Source of the DNA: Thraustochytrium aureum
Taxonomy: Eukaryota
Direction: 5' to 3'
Length of the DNA: 64,000 nt
Assembly: GCA_012862495.1 (NCBI GenBank)
Contig: BLSG01000058.1
Location: 144,066-208,065 of the forward strand
Of the stretch, positions 49,889 through 60,968 are shown piece after piece; position 1 is the stretch's first letter, and every line of letters starts with the position of its first letter. The translations under genes were made by a program, and so were the position numbers. The notes below the pieces were generated by a model that saw only the letters and a list, made by a program, of their open reading frames with translations, had not been told where the DNA came from and made no database searches.

Positions 49889-50491
49889 CGTCAGCGCTCT
49901 CCGCCCACGCAACGTTTGCCGCGTTGCGTGTCTGTTGCTTCCCTGCCCAGATCCGCGTCAGTCACTCGCTTTCTGTCCTCCGATCAAGCTTTTTTTCGCA
50001 CGGTTCGCCATTGGGCGTATCTGTATCTTTCGAGGATACTCGGGGAAACGCTATAGGACCTTTTATTTTAAAAACGCTACTTGTATTGAATGGATTTAGC
50101 CGAAACCAGCGCGTTAGTTGGGGAGTAGTGCAGGTGTCTGCGTCCCGCTGCTTGCGCGTGGGCGACTTTGGTTCTCCTGCTGGGCGGAGTATTTACTCAA
50201 TAGTTAATGGGTGTAGTCGGAAGGAGACGATAACAAATCGGAATAAAATGATGGGTAAAAGGTGGGCCTATCAGGCGCTCTATTCGCTTTTGTTTGTCCG
50301 TATTTACCGGTATATCCTAGAAAGTAATTTTTTATCTGGCGAGGACAGATGCAAAAACGAAATCCGTGAGGGCGCTTTGATTGATGAGGGAGCTCAAGAC
50401 ACATGTGAGTGCGAGCTCTAGAGTGTGAGGGTTTGGGATGCGGCAACGAAAGCAACAGAAAAAGCGAGCGTTTGCTTGGATCTTGCGCGCG

Positions 50492-52493
50492 TCAGAGACG
50501 CGCCTTGCCCGTCACGATGCCGTTGTAAACGTGCATGTCCATGGGCACGTACTTGGCCTGCTCGGCGTCAAAGAAAAAAAGCGGGTCGCGGACCTGCGAC
50601 GGATCAACCCCCTCGTTGCGAAGCTTGACCTTTTGCACCTTGAAGGTGCCTGTCGTCTCCATCTCGGGCAGCACGCGGATGAAAAGCGGCACAGCGTAAG
50701 CAGGGAGCTCGGCGGTGCAGACTCGCGCAAAGGTGGCCAAGTCGAAGGCGTTCGGGTCCACAACACATGCCGCGCAGCACGCCCTCCCGTCCTTGCCAGG
50801 CAGCTCGACGCCATAGACGTTGGCCTCGACCACGCCGGGGATACCGCCGACAATGCCAGCGACCTCGGTCGTTGAAACGTTCTCAGCCTTCCAACGAAAC
50901 GTGTCGCCGATGCGGTCCACAAAATAGTAGTAGCCGCGCTTGTCCTTCATCAGCAGGTCCCCGCTGCGAAAGAAGCGGTCGCCTTTGCGAAACACGTTCG
51001 TAAGGACCTTCTTTTGCTCTGCTCCTCGTCGCCGTAGTAGCCGTCGAAGGTGCCCGCAGGGCGGTCCTTGATCTCAGCAACCGCCTCGCCGGCCTCCCCA
51101 TCCGCGGCCTCTACGCAAAACCCCGTGGTCGGGTCCCGCACGGGAGCCTCGGTCTCGGGGTCGAACTTGAGGATGGTGCAAAACCCGAGCTGCCGCATGA
51201 GAACGCCCATGTGCCCCACAGCCCCGCGGGACGACGAGTCAGTCGAGTGGTTGAACAAGGCGATATTGCCTTCCGAGGACCCAAAGANNNNNNNNNNNNN
51301 NNNNNNNNNNNNNNNNNNNNNNNNNNNNNNNNNNNNNNNNNNNNNNNNNNNNNNNNNNNNNNNNNNNNNNNNNNNNNNNNNNNNNNNNNNNNNNNNNNNN
51401 NNNNNNNNNNNNNNNNNNNNNNNNNNNNNNNNNNNNNNNNNNNNNNNNNNNNNNNNNNNNNNNNNNNNNNNNNNNNNNNNNNNNNNNNNNNNNNNNNNNN
51501 NNNNNNNNNNNNNNNNNNNNNNNNNNNNNNNNNNNNNNNNNNNNNNNNNNNNNNNNNNNNNNNNNNNNNNNNNNNNNNNNCCGTCGCGCTAAACTTGCGG
51601 CGGATCACGAGTGTGCAGCCCTTGATGAGGCAGAGCCCGCCGCCAATGTTTGTCGCCGCCGAGTGGTAGAGCGGGAGGCCCGCGTTGTAGATGCGGTCTC
51701 CGGGGCGGACGCCGAACTGGATGCCGAAGGCGGCGCCGGCGCCAAAGATTTTGGCGTGCTTGAGCACGGCAGGCTTTGGCATCCCAGTCGTGCCGCTCGT
51801 GTAGATGAGGAGGCAGTCGTCGTCGAAGCGGACGCCTGCGCGCCAGCTGAGGGGGACTTGCGCTTTCGAATAGCCCTTGAAGCAGTGCGTCACGGTGTTG
51901 GCAAAGGGCATCTCGGCTGGGTCGCCGCCCTCGGCGTGCAGCAGGTAGCCGAGCTGGGCCATCTCGTCCAAGGAGCCGTGGAGGTTTTCGACGCACTCTG
52001 CCCCGAAGAAGAGGTGCTTGGCGCCCGAGACTTTGAGGCAGTGCATGAGGGCCTTGCTTTTCAAGTTGTTGTTGATGAGGGCGCCCACTGCGCCGAGCTT
52101 GGCGAGACCGGACCAAGCAAAGATGAACTCGGGCCGGTTGGTCATGTAGATGGCCACGACGTCGTGCTGGCGCACGCCCATGCGGCGGAAGTGGTGCGCG
52201 GCCTGGTTGGCGTGCTCGTCCCACTCGCGGAACGAGTAGACCTCGTCTTCAAACACAATGGCGTCTTTGTCGTTGAACGCCTTCCCGGCTTGCTCGAGCC
52301 CCGTCGCCACGGTCCAGTTCGTCAGCATGTGGTGCTGGATCTTGGCCCCAAGTTGGGTCAGCCCAAACAGCAGCTTCGCGTCCTTGAAGATAAAGTGCTC
52401 CTGGTCGATCTTCTTGGCCACCATGGCGGTCACGCCGGTCGCCGCGACGGCCGCCGGCAGCGCCAAGCCCGCCATCCCTTCGCCCTTGCCCAT
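50492..52493 (-). CDS. FATP: Long-chain fatty acid transport protein / very-long-chain acyl-CoA synthetase (gap 51288-51580; frameshift ~51012)
   Basis: AMP-binding 'LIYTSGTTGMPK', 'LPLYHSAA', 'RRKFSA'; FATP signature 'VFRKGDRFFRSGDLL..GYYYFVDRIGDTFRWKAENVSTTEV..NVYGVELPGKDGRA..LPAYAVPLFIR..TTGTFK'. Confidence 0.95.
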
Positions 52494-53395
52494 CTTGGTC
52501 CAGCGTCGCGCAGCCTCGACTCAACTCGCTCACTCCCGCGCCTCGCGCTACGGCCTCCCTGGCGCACCCGCAAAGCGCTTTGCTTCCGCTGTGCTGGCCG
52601 GCGCAAGCTCGTCCAGCGATCGGACGGCTCCTGCGCGCGTCAGCCAAACGAAACTGCGACTGGAATCGGCCGTCCTATCTTTCCCGCACGGCGTAGGACA
52701 TGGAGTGACCCACGGAAGCAAAGAAGGCCTCCGCATCCGCGCTTTTGTGTGACGATAATCCACCGCAAAGCGAAACCAGACTCGGTTGCGCCCGAACGCA
52801 ACCAACACCCAAGGCGGCCAGGCAAGGCAAGCCGCCCCAGCTCCTGCTTCCTGCCAAGAGCTGCTCAACATGCTACGGCTGTGCGAAGCCGTGTGGGGCG
52901 GTCAGCGCTCCAATTTCGTCAACGAGANNNNNNNNNNNNNNNNNNNNNNNNNNNNNNNNNNNNNNNNNNNNNNNNNNNNNNNNNNNNNNNNNNNNNNNNN
53001 NNNNNNNNNNNNNNNNNNNNNNNNNNNNNNNNNNNNNNNNNNNNNNNNNNNNNNNNNNNNNNNNNNNNNNNNNNNNNNNNNNNNNNNNNNNNNNNNNNNN
53101 NNNNNNNNNNNNNNNNNNNNNNNNNNNNNNNNNNNNNNNNNNNNNNNNNNNNNNNNNNNNNNNNNNNNNNNNNNNNNNNNNNNNNNNNNNNNNNNNNNNN
53201 NNNNNNNNNNNNNNNNNNNNNNNNNNNNNNNNNNNNNNNNNNNNNNNNNNNNNNNNNNNNNNNNNNNAACCGCCTGAGCGCAGCAGAGCACGAGCACAAC
53301 AGCACAGCAGGCACGAGCAGGACCCTGCAAGGACTCGGATACCGGTACCGGTACATACTCTACGGCAGAGCGCAGGAGGGAGGGAGGAGGCGACG

Positions 53396-54358
53396 ATGGA
53401 GAGCGCGCTCGCGCGGGGCGTTCGAGCTGCAGTTCGGCTCGGCAACGTCGCGAGGCGTGTTGACCCGGGCGGTCGCGAAGCTGGACGCCCCAGCGTAGGC
53501 GCGGTCGTGCTGGCAGAGGATGCGACTGGGGCCTGGAGAGCTGTTGGCGCTGGCCGCAGTAGGGCCCCAGGGGAAGCGGATGGCGCGAGCCGGGCGTTTG
53601 CGGGCGCTGAGGTTGACGCGGTGCAGGCAGCTTTGCTTGGGACTGGCGGCTTGTTGCAAGGCGCCGTGCTGTGTTGCAGCAGGCGTCCAAGTGAGGAGGT
53701 GGTGAGACGCGTGATGGGCGAGGGCGTGTCAAGGGTCGTCGACCCGAGCCTGTGCGGGGCGCTCGACAACGTGGCAGCGGTATATATGGAGGGCACAGAC
53801 ACCCTGGCGCAGGCCCTCGTGCTCTCCGAATGTAGGAGTCACGTGCTGCTGGAGCGGCACCGAACGGGCCCGTTTGCGGGGCGCCTAACTGGTCTCCTGG
53901 GACTCTGCCCCCCTGAGGAGCGCCGCGCTATGCAGCACCTCATCGATCGTATTCTTGTTGACAAGTGTGGCCAGAAAATGGGCCGCGACCAGCTGCGGAT
54001 GGGCCATGGGCCAGCGCCGCCGCCCAGCGCAGTGCTTGAGTTTTACGAGATGGACCAAGGCCCGAACCTGCCAGCGCGGCCGTCTCGCGAGTACCAATAC
54101 GTTCTGCACAGTTCGCTCAACGCGATGGACGAATCCCCTGGGCCTTGCCTCGAGTGGCACGCGCGGGGGGCTATCCCCTTTGAGGCAATGCCAGATGACG
54201 ACCGAGTGTGGTACGACGAGGTACTCGCCTTTGACGACAAAAGGACGCAGGGCGAGGCAGAGGGGTCCGTTGTCGTCGAAGGCTGGTTTTTGTTCGATGG
54301 CCTCGAGATGCTAGGGTGGGAGACGTGGACGCGCCGCCGAGCAACAGCCGTGCGATAG
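53396..54358 (+). CDS. Fusion of a degenerate cytidine-deaminase-like domain and a degenerate MTH1/NUDT1-like Nudix domain
   Basis: N-part 'PSVGAVVL..VGAG..GAEVDAVQAA..LQGAVLCCSRRPSEEVVRRVMGEGVSRVV' follows the RibD/TadA pattern. C-part 'VLLERHRTGPFAGRLTGLLG' and 'WHARGAIPFEAMPDDDRVWY..EGWFLFDG..MLGW' follows MTH1. The start ATG is inferred; the frame is open back to the gap. Confidence 0.7.
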   Translation: MESALARGVRAAVRLGNVARRVDPGGREAGRPSVGAVVLAEDATGAWRAVGAGRSRAPGEADGASRAFAGAEVDAVQAALLGTGGLLQGAVLCCSRRPSEEVVRRVMGEGVSRVVDPSLCGALDNVAAVYMEGTDTLAQALVLSECRSHVLLERHRTGPFAGRLTGLLGLCPPEERRAMQHLIDRILVDKCGQKMGRDQLRMGHGPAPPPSAVLEFYEMDQGPNLPARPSREYQYVLHSSLNAMDESPGPCLEWHARGAIPFEAMPDDDRVWYDEVLAFDDKRTQGEAEGSVVVEGWFLFDGLEMLGWETWTRRRATAVR

Positions 54359-54570
54359 GATCTATTTGAGGAAACGGATTTGCTACAGCTGTCGAGCTAG
54401 CACCTGCCTGTTACAGGAGGGCGAGCGCCCGCGCTGGGGATCTGCCTCATTACCGCAGACTCGAAGGGAGCGAGTAGAGTAGGCCTACATCTCGTCGTCA
54501 GTATGTCTTGCTTGTCGTTCGTTGCCCGCAATCTCAAGCTGGAAAACCATACGAGGCAGGAGAACTCTCC

Positions 54571-54648
54571 GCCATGCGAGAAGCGCCATGCGAGGAGCAC
54601 CATGCGAGAATGCCATGCGAGGACGTCATGCGAGACATGCCATGCGAG
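54571..54648. repeat. Minisatellite, six copies of core CATGCGAG, 13-14 bp period
   Basis: Core starts at 54573, 54587, 54601, 54614, 54627, 54641; degenerate copy CATACGAG at 54548. Confidence 0.85.
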
Positions 54649-54897
54649 GGGCTCCGGTGCAGTGTGGCCAACAAGCGCACTCTTGGAGACCATTCCTGAG
54701 AACGTGCGTGTCGTGCGTACTCGCTACGGTGCATTCTTGAAGTGGAAGAGCAGGCGTACAAAACATATTTGTAGATAAAGGGAAGGACTCTCTCACTCTC
54801 CCGAGGTAGCTAAAGCTAGACAATTTCAAGGCCCGCAAACACGTTGCAGGGCGGCCTGTTGCAATACGGGTCTTTCCAGAGTTTGGCACCGTAAACT

Positions 54898-56994
54898 TCA
54901 GGCTGCAGAATCTTGTCTGGGGGGGGCACTCTCGTGCTCACGGTGGTCCCATGGCGTGCGAAGGGCCTCGACGATAGACGGCTGCATGCCGAAGAGTCGG
55001 TCATTGGTGCAGTCAATACGGCACCGCTTGACGTTAAGCGTGACGGTGCCAACGTGTTCGCCGGGCGTTGTACCCACGTTGATACGATAGGTGAACGAGT
55101 CCGTGCCGCGAAAGGAGGGATTCGGCACGTATATTACTTTCCGCTCCATGTCGATGCGATTTGCCTCGGCCACCGACCCGCGCGAGCTAGTCGAAAGCAC
55201 GTTGCCGACTCCAAACTTGTGGGCGCAGTCGATCGGGGCGCACTTGCCGGTGAACATCTCGAGGCCAACGACCGCCTCGATGAGCTCTCCCCGAACGAAA
55301 GCTGGTGCCTCGTAGAGCTTGCCGTACTTTGGCAGCGTGAGGACTGTCGCGGAGATGTCTACGTAGTAGGTCAGGGTCAAGCCAGGCACTGGGAGCTGCG
55401 TGGTCCGGTTGCGCGGTGTCACTTGGAGAACCCAGTCACTTATGGCTCCGGTGCCGTGCGCGACCTGGCGCCGACGCGACGCGTTCTCGAACAGGACTTG
55501 TTGCTTGGTCGAGTCCGTGATGGACAGGACCCACTCGCCGTGCACTTCCTTGCCGCCGAAAATCTCCAGAAAGGCTTGCTCTGGCGCGTAGCTCCCTGGT
55601 GGGATGGGTGACCCCCCGTTAAAGACCTGCAGGGAAAACAGCTCTTCGCTGAACACCAGGAGCTCCGCGATGCTGAGAAACGACACTTGGGTGAGCCCGA
55701 CTCGAACGTATCGGCCGCGCGTCCCGGTAGGCATCGGGACGTTGATCTGCCGCTGCCGATACGCGATCTGAAAGCGCTGCTCCACGGTGGCCACTTGACG
55801 GGCCTCCGCCAGGGTGGCGTGGTTGAACGGGGTGTCCGACACGAGAACCGTCCCAAAACGCATGTTCGCATTGTAAAACGTGTTGCGCGTACCGTTGAGC
55901 ATAGTGGTGACCGTGACCTCGGCCACTTGGTCCTCCGGCAGGCGAAGTTTGCCTGCGGTGAGGTTGTTTGCGGCGATGCCGAGTTCGTTCACGTTGATGT
56001 ACTCTGTGAGGAAGGTAATCGTCCACTCGTACCCGCCAGTTCGATCCGGCAAACTCCGGGTAACGGCGACGAGGCCCACGTTGTTGAGGGCCTGAATTTT
56101 GCTCTGCATCGACTCGCCTTTGCCTTTCCCGACTTCGGTGCTCGTCCGGTCTTCGTAGAGGACAGAGGCGACCGCGTCGTGGTGGATCTCCTCGGTGACC
56201 TCGGTGAACCCATTGTGGAATAACTGGAGGCGAAAGGTTCCGCCAAGGGTGACAAGCCCCGTTGTTTTGACGATCTGGATCTCCTTGATCTGGTTTTCTG
56301 GGTCTGGGGTCCACAAGACGATCGTGCCGATATCCTGCGGCCCGCCGAGGTCGACCTGGTACCAGGGGTTTGTTTCTGTGTGGGTGGCCATGCCCGACGT
56401 GACAATGTCCCCGTCCGTAGCGCGCCAGGCGGCGGTGTTGTTGCCAGACATTGTTGACGACTGCTGGCCGGGCATGCCCAGCGCGAGGTTGTTGCCCACC
56501 ATGTCTGCGAACTCGTAGTCAAAGCCAACGCCGGTCAGGACGCTCTCGCCATACTTGAGGCGACGCTGCTTGATCGTCGAGACATCCTCGTACCGGCGTT
56601 CCGCGGGCTGGCCTAGTTTTCGATCGCTGCCGCGAGATGCCGAGAGGGTTGACGCTGTCGCCTCGTGCAAAATCCGCATGTCGAGGTCGCCGACCCATTC
56701 GTGGTACAAACCGCGTAGGGTGAGCTTGACGTTATCCACAACAATGTCCTTGAAAATCTCCTCGTTGCCATACGTGTCGGGCGATATGTAGATCGGCCAA
56801 TTGAGCTGCCCGCCTCGTTCGCCGGGCTCTGGCAGCGGTGTCAACGAGTGCAAGGCCACCTCGAGCTCGCTGTCCATGTTGACGTCGAGCGTCATGTTGA
56901 CCGGAAGGCTCAGTGGCAAGTAGCTATTTGCAAGAACATTGCAGCTTTGCCCAGCAACAGCGGCTAGCGCCAGCGCGCGTCGTGCTGCGCGCAT
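54898..56994 (-). CDS. Secreted protein with nested Big_9/cadherin-like, proprotein-convertase P-like, fucolectin/F5-F8-like and 'EIQ..GGTF' beta domains
   Basis: Signal-like 'MRAARRALALAAVAG'; 'LYHEWVGDLDMRILH' and 'FGGKEVHGEWVLSITD..ISDWVLQV' (P domain); 'NLALGMPGQQSST..RATDG..NPWYQVDLG' and 'GRYVRV..LSIAELLVF' (fucolectin); 'LPKYGKL..YVPNPSFRGTDSFTY' (Big_9). Confidence 0.8.
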   Translation of the reverse strand: MRAARRALALAAVAGQSCNVLANSYLPLSLPVNMTLDVNMDSELEVALHSLTPLPEPGERGGQLNWPIYISPDTYGNEEIFKDIVVDNVKLTLRGLYHEWVGDLDMRILHEATASTLSASRGSDRKLGQPAERRYEDVSTIKQRRLKYGESVLTGVGFDYEFADMVGNNLALGMPGQQSSTMSGNNTAAWRATDGDIVTSGMATHTETNPWYQVDLGGPQDIGTIVLWTPDPENQIKEIQIVKTTGLVTLGGTFRLQLFHNGFTEVTEEIHHDAVASVLYEDRTSTEVGKGKGESMQSKIQALNNVGLVAVTRSLPDRTGGYEWTITFLTEYINVNELGIAANNLTAGKLRLPEDQVAEVTVTTMLNGTRNTFYNANMRFGTVLVSDTPFNHATLAEARQVATVEQRFQIAYRQRQINVPMPTGTRGRYVRVGLTQVSFLSIAELLVFSEELFSLQVFNGGSPIPPGSYAPEQAFLEIFGGKEVHGEWVLSITDSTKQQVLFENASRRRQVAHGTGAISDWVLQVTPRNRTTQLPVPGLTLTYYVDISATVLTLPKYGKLYEAPAFVRGELIEAVVGLEMFTGKCAPIDCAHKFGVGNVLSTSSRGSVAEANRIDMERKVIYVPNPSFRGTDSFTYRINVGTTPGEHVGTVTLNVKRCRIDCTNDRLFGMQPSIVEALRTPWDHREHESAPPRQDSAA

Positions 56995-58463
56995 CCCGCG
57001 CAAGTGGGCGAAGCGCGCGCGGCGGCCCTCGGCAGCAGCCGTTCAGATCGTCGGGGGATGGTGTGGGGAGGAATGGGGCGGAAGGGGGGTAAGAGGGGCA
57101 AGAGCTGCGACGCGCCCTTGCTGCACACCGAGCGCCCTCGCTTCGTCGCCTGCGCGTCTGCGAGAGCGCAGTGCGCCAGCGCTACAGATGGCCGTTGAGA
57201 CTGCCATCTCACGGCACACACCGTGACCTCTCTTTGCGCCACTTGGACAAACGTTCCAATCGCGTCATAGCGACGTACTCGTTACGCAGGGTGGTGAATC
57301 TATACGGTTGCTTCTTTTGTTCGCGGGACGGAAGAAAGCTGTTCTGGTGGTTTGCCTCTCCGACCTGGACTACCTAGCCAGCGCGCGGTCCCTCTGAACT
57401 CTCATTGATTGGTCACTGGGCTGTCATGGTTGGCAAGTCGGATCCTCCTCTGGCTGGCACGCGTGGCAAGGCCATTTGGCGCGAGGCACACGCGCTCCGC
57501 AAGGGATAAGCAGCACTCTTGGGTGGTTTGCCTCCTCGCTCGCGCCAAAACTCAGGTCGCTTGATGCGATCTCTCAAGAGTCAAGGCTGGTTTGGTGAGC
57601 CCTCAGGCATTGCCTCAGGCNNNNNNNNNNNNNNNNNNNNNNNNNNNNNNNNNNNNNNNNNNNNNNNNNNNNNNNNNNNNNNNNNNNNNNNNNNNNNNNN
57701 NNNNNNNNNNNNNNNNNNNNNNNNNNNNNNNNNNNNNNNNNNNNNNNNNNNNNNNNNNNNNNNNNNNNNNNNNNNNNNNNNNNNNNNNNNNNNNNNNNNN
57801 NNNNNNNNNNNNNNNNNNNNNNNNNNNNNNNNNNNNNNNNNNNNNNNNNNNNNNNNNNNNNNNNNNGGGAGAAGCGCATGCCACCAGTGGGGGCTCTAGC
57901 TACTAGAGAGGGGCCTCTCCGTCAAGCAAAGCAACCGTTCGCGGGTGGGTCGGTCGATCGATTTGAGCTGTTCGACTTGCCTTGGACCCGAAGTCAACTT
58001 GAAGGGGAACTCCGCGCCACAAGAGCCAAGAAGAAATCGCGGAGCCGAGCCTGTCAACCAAGGCCTGAAACGGTGGATCGACTTGCAGCGCGTAAAGGCG
58101 TCCTGTTTGGCGTTGCTCTGTTGGTGGGCAGGCCTCTCTTCCCCATTCGTTTCTAGCGAGCTAGAGTGCTTGTTCGCCCCGCGCAGAAGCAAGTCTCACG
58201 CGCTTCGGCGCAGTTTGTCAGCGCTCGCTCTTCAACTTGAAGGCCGGCCATTTCGCTTCAAAGGATCGTTTTTGGGGGCACTGGAGCGAGTCAACAAATA
58301 GCGTCCAACTTTGGGCACTTCTCCGACTGGCGATTCGCAGCTTGAATCGCTTTTTGCATCTTGTTGCCTCCGTTTGGACGGGAAAAGAACGAAGTGGCAG
58401 CCGTTGGAGGACCAGCAGATCGAATTGGCGCATCCAACGGTAAAGAACCTGACCGTGTCGAGT

Positions 58464-58501
58464 GAGTCGGCTCGGCACGGAGTCGGCTCGGCACGGAGTC
58501 G
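58464..58501. repeat. 16-bp tandem repeat (GAGTCGGCTCGGCACG, ~2.4 copies)
   Basis: gagtcggctcggcacg gagtcggctcggcacg gagtcg. Confidence 0.8.
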
Positions 58502-59975
58502 AGGTCATCAACAGCGCGCTCTCGATCAATTGAAGGGTTGAGCGTTTTCAACCTACTGACGAGTCAGTCAAGCTGTCTGAATGAGCGTCGTTACCGTTGT
58601 GGTAGGACGGACCTGTTCGTTTCGTCTGCTTTGCTACCCTTCTCAAGGTGCACGTCTGTCTGCGGGAGCTAGGGCGGGATAGATGCTTGCGGAAGCAGGT
58701 TGCTTGCATTTGGAATTCGTTGGGCATTTGATTGAAAAGGAGCTGGAGCTGGCGAGGAGTTCATCGGTGAAGCGTCCAACGGTTACACCGCTCTTCAATG
58801 ATCAGTGCCCATCCAAGTTTGTTGTTTCTGAACTGAAAAGTTTCGTCTCGCACAGCTCCCTGCAATCAAGTCACAGACCGTTACCAACTGCGGTGGCTAC
58901 ATACACCCTCCGCGGCACGCCCCCTTCCTTTCCTCCGGCACCGCCTACTCACGGAGTAGTTTGTGTATTCGTTGAACCAACGTTGAACCTGCGTTGAACA
59001 ACAAGCTCTGCTTCCCAATCTCCGAAAAGGTGAGCAGGGCAGAAACCTACCCGTGGAGTACTACAAGTACATCTGAGTACTTAGGCCTACCTACAACCTG
59101 ACGATGAGAAGTGTGGCCAAATTCACCACGCCAAAACCGGACCGCGCCACGGGCAGGGAGAAAAGCCGAGGAAAGGGGGAAAATGAGGCTCTCCAGCCCG
59201 CGTCTCGCCGGCGGCCAGGTCGACTCCTCAAGAGACGGTCGCCCTCCGCAGCCGCAGAGAGGCAGCCGAGGCGACAGCTCGACGAAGCGCGCCAGCGTTC
59301 AAGAGCAAGCGACCACCCCCCACCAGTGAATCCTCAAACTGAAGGCGCTCGGCAAGCCAACCAACCAACGACTCGCAGGCAGCACGGCGGCAGGCAGTGC
59401 AGGATGGACAAATGTGTTACTTAGTTAGTAGGTGAGGGGCCGGTTGAGGACACGCGTGAGAGGGAGCGCGCGTGAGGAGCGGAGACGGAGACAAAGGCGG
59501 CGCGGCCTGGCCGGCCTCGGCGCACTCACTGGCTGGCTGGCCAAGGGCTGGCCCGCTCGCTCACTCACTCGGTCGCTGGCTCGCCCGCCCACTCGCGGTC
59601 GATCTGCCCAGTAGGTCACAGCATACTCACTCGGTCGGTCGCTCGGTCGCTCGCTCGCGCTCTTCCTGGCGCCCTCCCCTCTCTCAGTCTCTCGGTGTTG
59701 CTCGCGCTCTCTCTCTCGGGCTGGTGGAGCGAGCGAGGAGGAGGCTGCCTGCCCGCCTGCCTGCTGCGTGGCACGCCTTCAGTCGCACGGAGAGAGAGAG
59801 TCAAGCCAGACGGGCAGGCAGTCAAGAAGCGCTTTCGAAAAGGCCGCGAGGACGCGTTGGCAGAACAGCAACGCGGCGGCGAACCTGGCGAGGGGAGGGC
59901 GGGCCCGAGAGCACGGTGCGGGAGCGCCGCTGTTTGAGTGGAAGCGGCCGCGGCAGGCGCGCCTGGGATACACAA

Positions 59976-60935
59976 ATGGGCCGGGAAGCAAACGAGTCCT
60001 GCGCGAGGAAGGAGCAGGCAGTGCAAGCGGCGGCCGCCGCCCGCGACGGCGGCGGCGCGACGATGAAGGACACCGATGAAACGATCAGCAAGCTGAAAGG
60101 CCTAGCCAAAGAAGCTGGCGAGATCCTGGAGCCCAGGAGGCTTCAATCGCGCGAGTCCGCCGGAAGCTCCAGCACAGCCTCAGCTGGCTCCACGAGCCAG
60201 CACGAAATGTCCCGCACAGAAAGCGCCTCGAGCGCCCAGAGCGACAGTGCAAAAGCGGCGGGGCTGAGCAAAGGGCGCTTCTCCAAGGCCGAGAAGAAGC
60301 TCTTGTTTGGACTTATCCGCGAGGACGCGGGCCTGCTCCACGCGTTCCTGCACCAACGCAAGGAGCGCATGTACGGCACCAAATCTTGGATGCACGAGAT
60401 CGCCAAGCGCTACAACGCGCAGGCCAAGGACAAGCGCTCGCTTGAGGCGATCCGGCACCACCTCATGTTTCGCAAGAACGCCTCTGCTATCAAGGACAAC
60501 AAGGCGGACAGCATCCTCATCGAGCACGCCCAAACTTGCCAGCAGCGCGAGACATGCACCAAGTGCCTCATCTTCCAGAGAGCTTGCGTCCAGGCTGGCC
60601 GAGCGCGGTGCGGCTATGACCGATGCAGCGAGTGTAGCGATGCGCTTCCACACGTGTTGGACATCCTCACAGACTCGTTCGACATGAACTTGCTCCAGCT
60701 TCGGCGTCCAGAGCAAACCCCGGACCTCGCCCAGCACGGCGCAGTGGCCGTCTCGTCGGCAGCCACGCTGGCCGCGCATGCGGGCGCCGCTGCGTCTAGT
60801 GCTTCAGCGCTCCACGCCGGGCAGCTCTCAGAGCTCTATCGGCGGATCCATGGCCGCAGCCACGGCCATCAGGTGAACGGCGTTGTCGGCATGGATTCCG
60901 TTGATCCTGCTCTTCTTTGTGTACACGTTGCAGAT

Positions 60936-60968
<33 letters not shown>

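Noticed and set aside
54548..54648. CRISPR-like array
   Set aside because: An 8-bp core and 5-6-bp spacers are far too short; no cas genes; eukaryotic context.
50492..56994. Functional gene cluster linking FATP, the pseudoenzyme and the secreted protein with the giant ATPase
   Set aside because: Mixed orientations and unrelated functions; adjacency alone is not evidence in a eukaryote.
57200..59900. Coding gene or transposon in the long region between divergent genes
   Set aside because: Only short ORFs, low-complexity tracts and one 16-bp duplication; no transposase or RT motifs seen.
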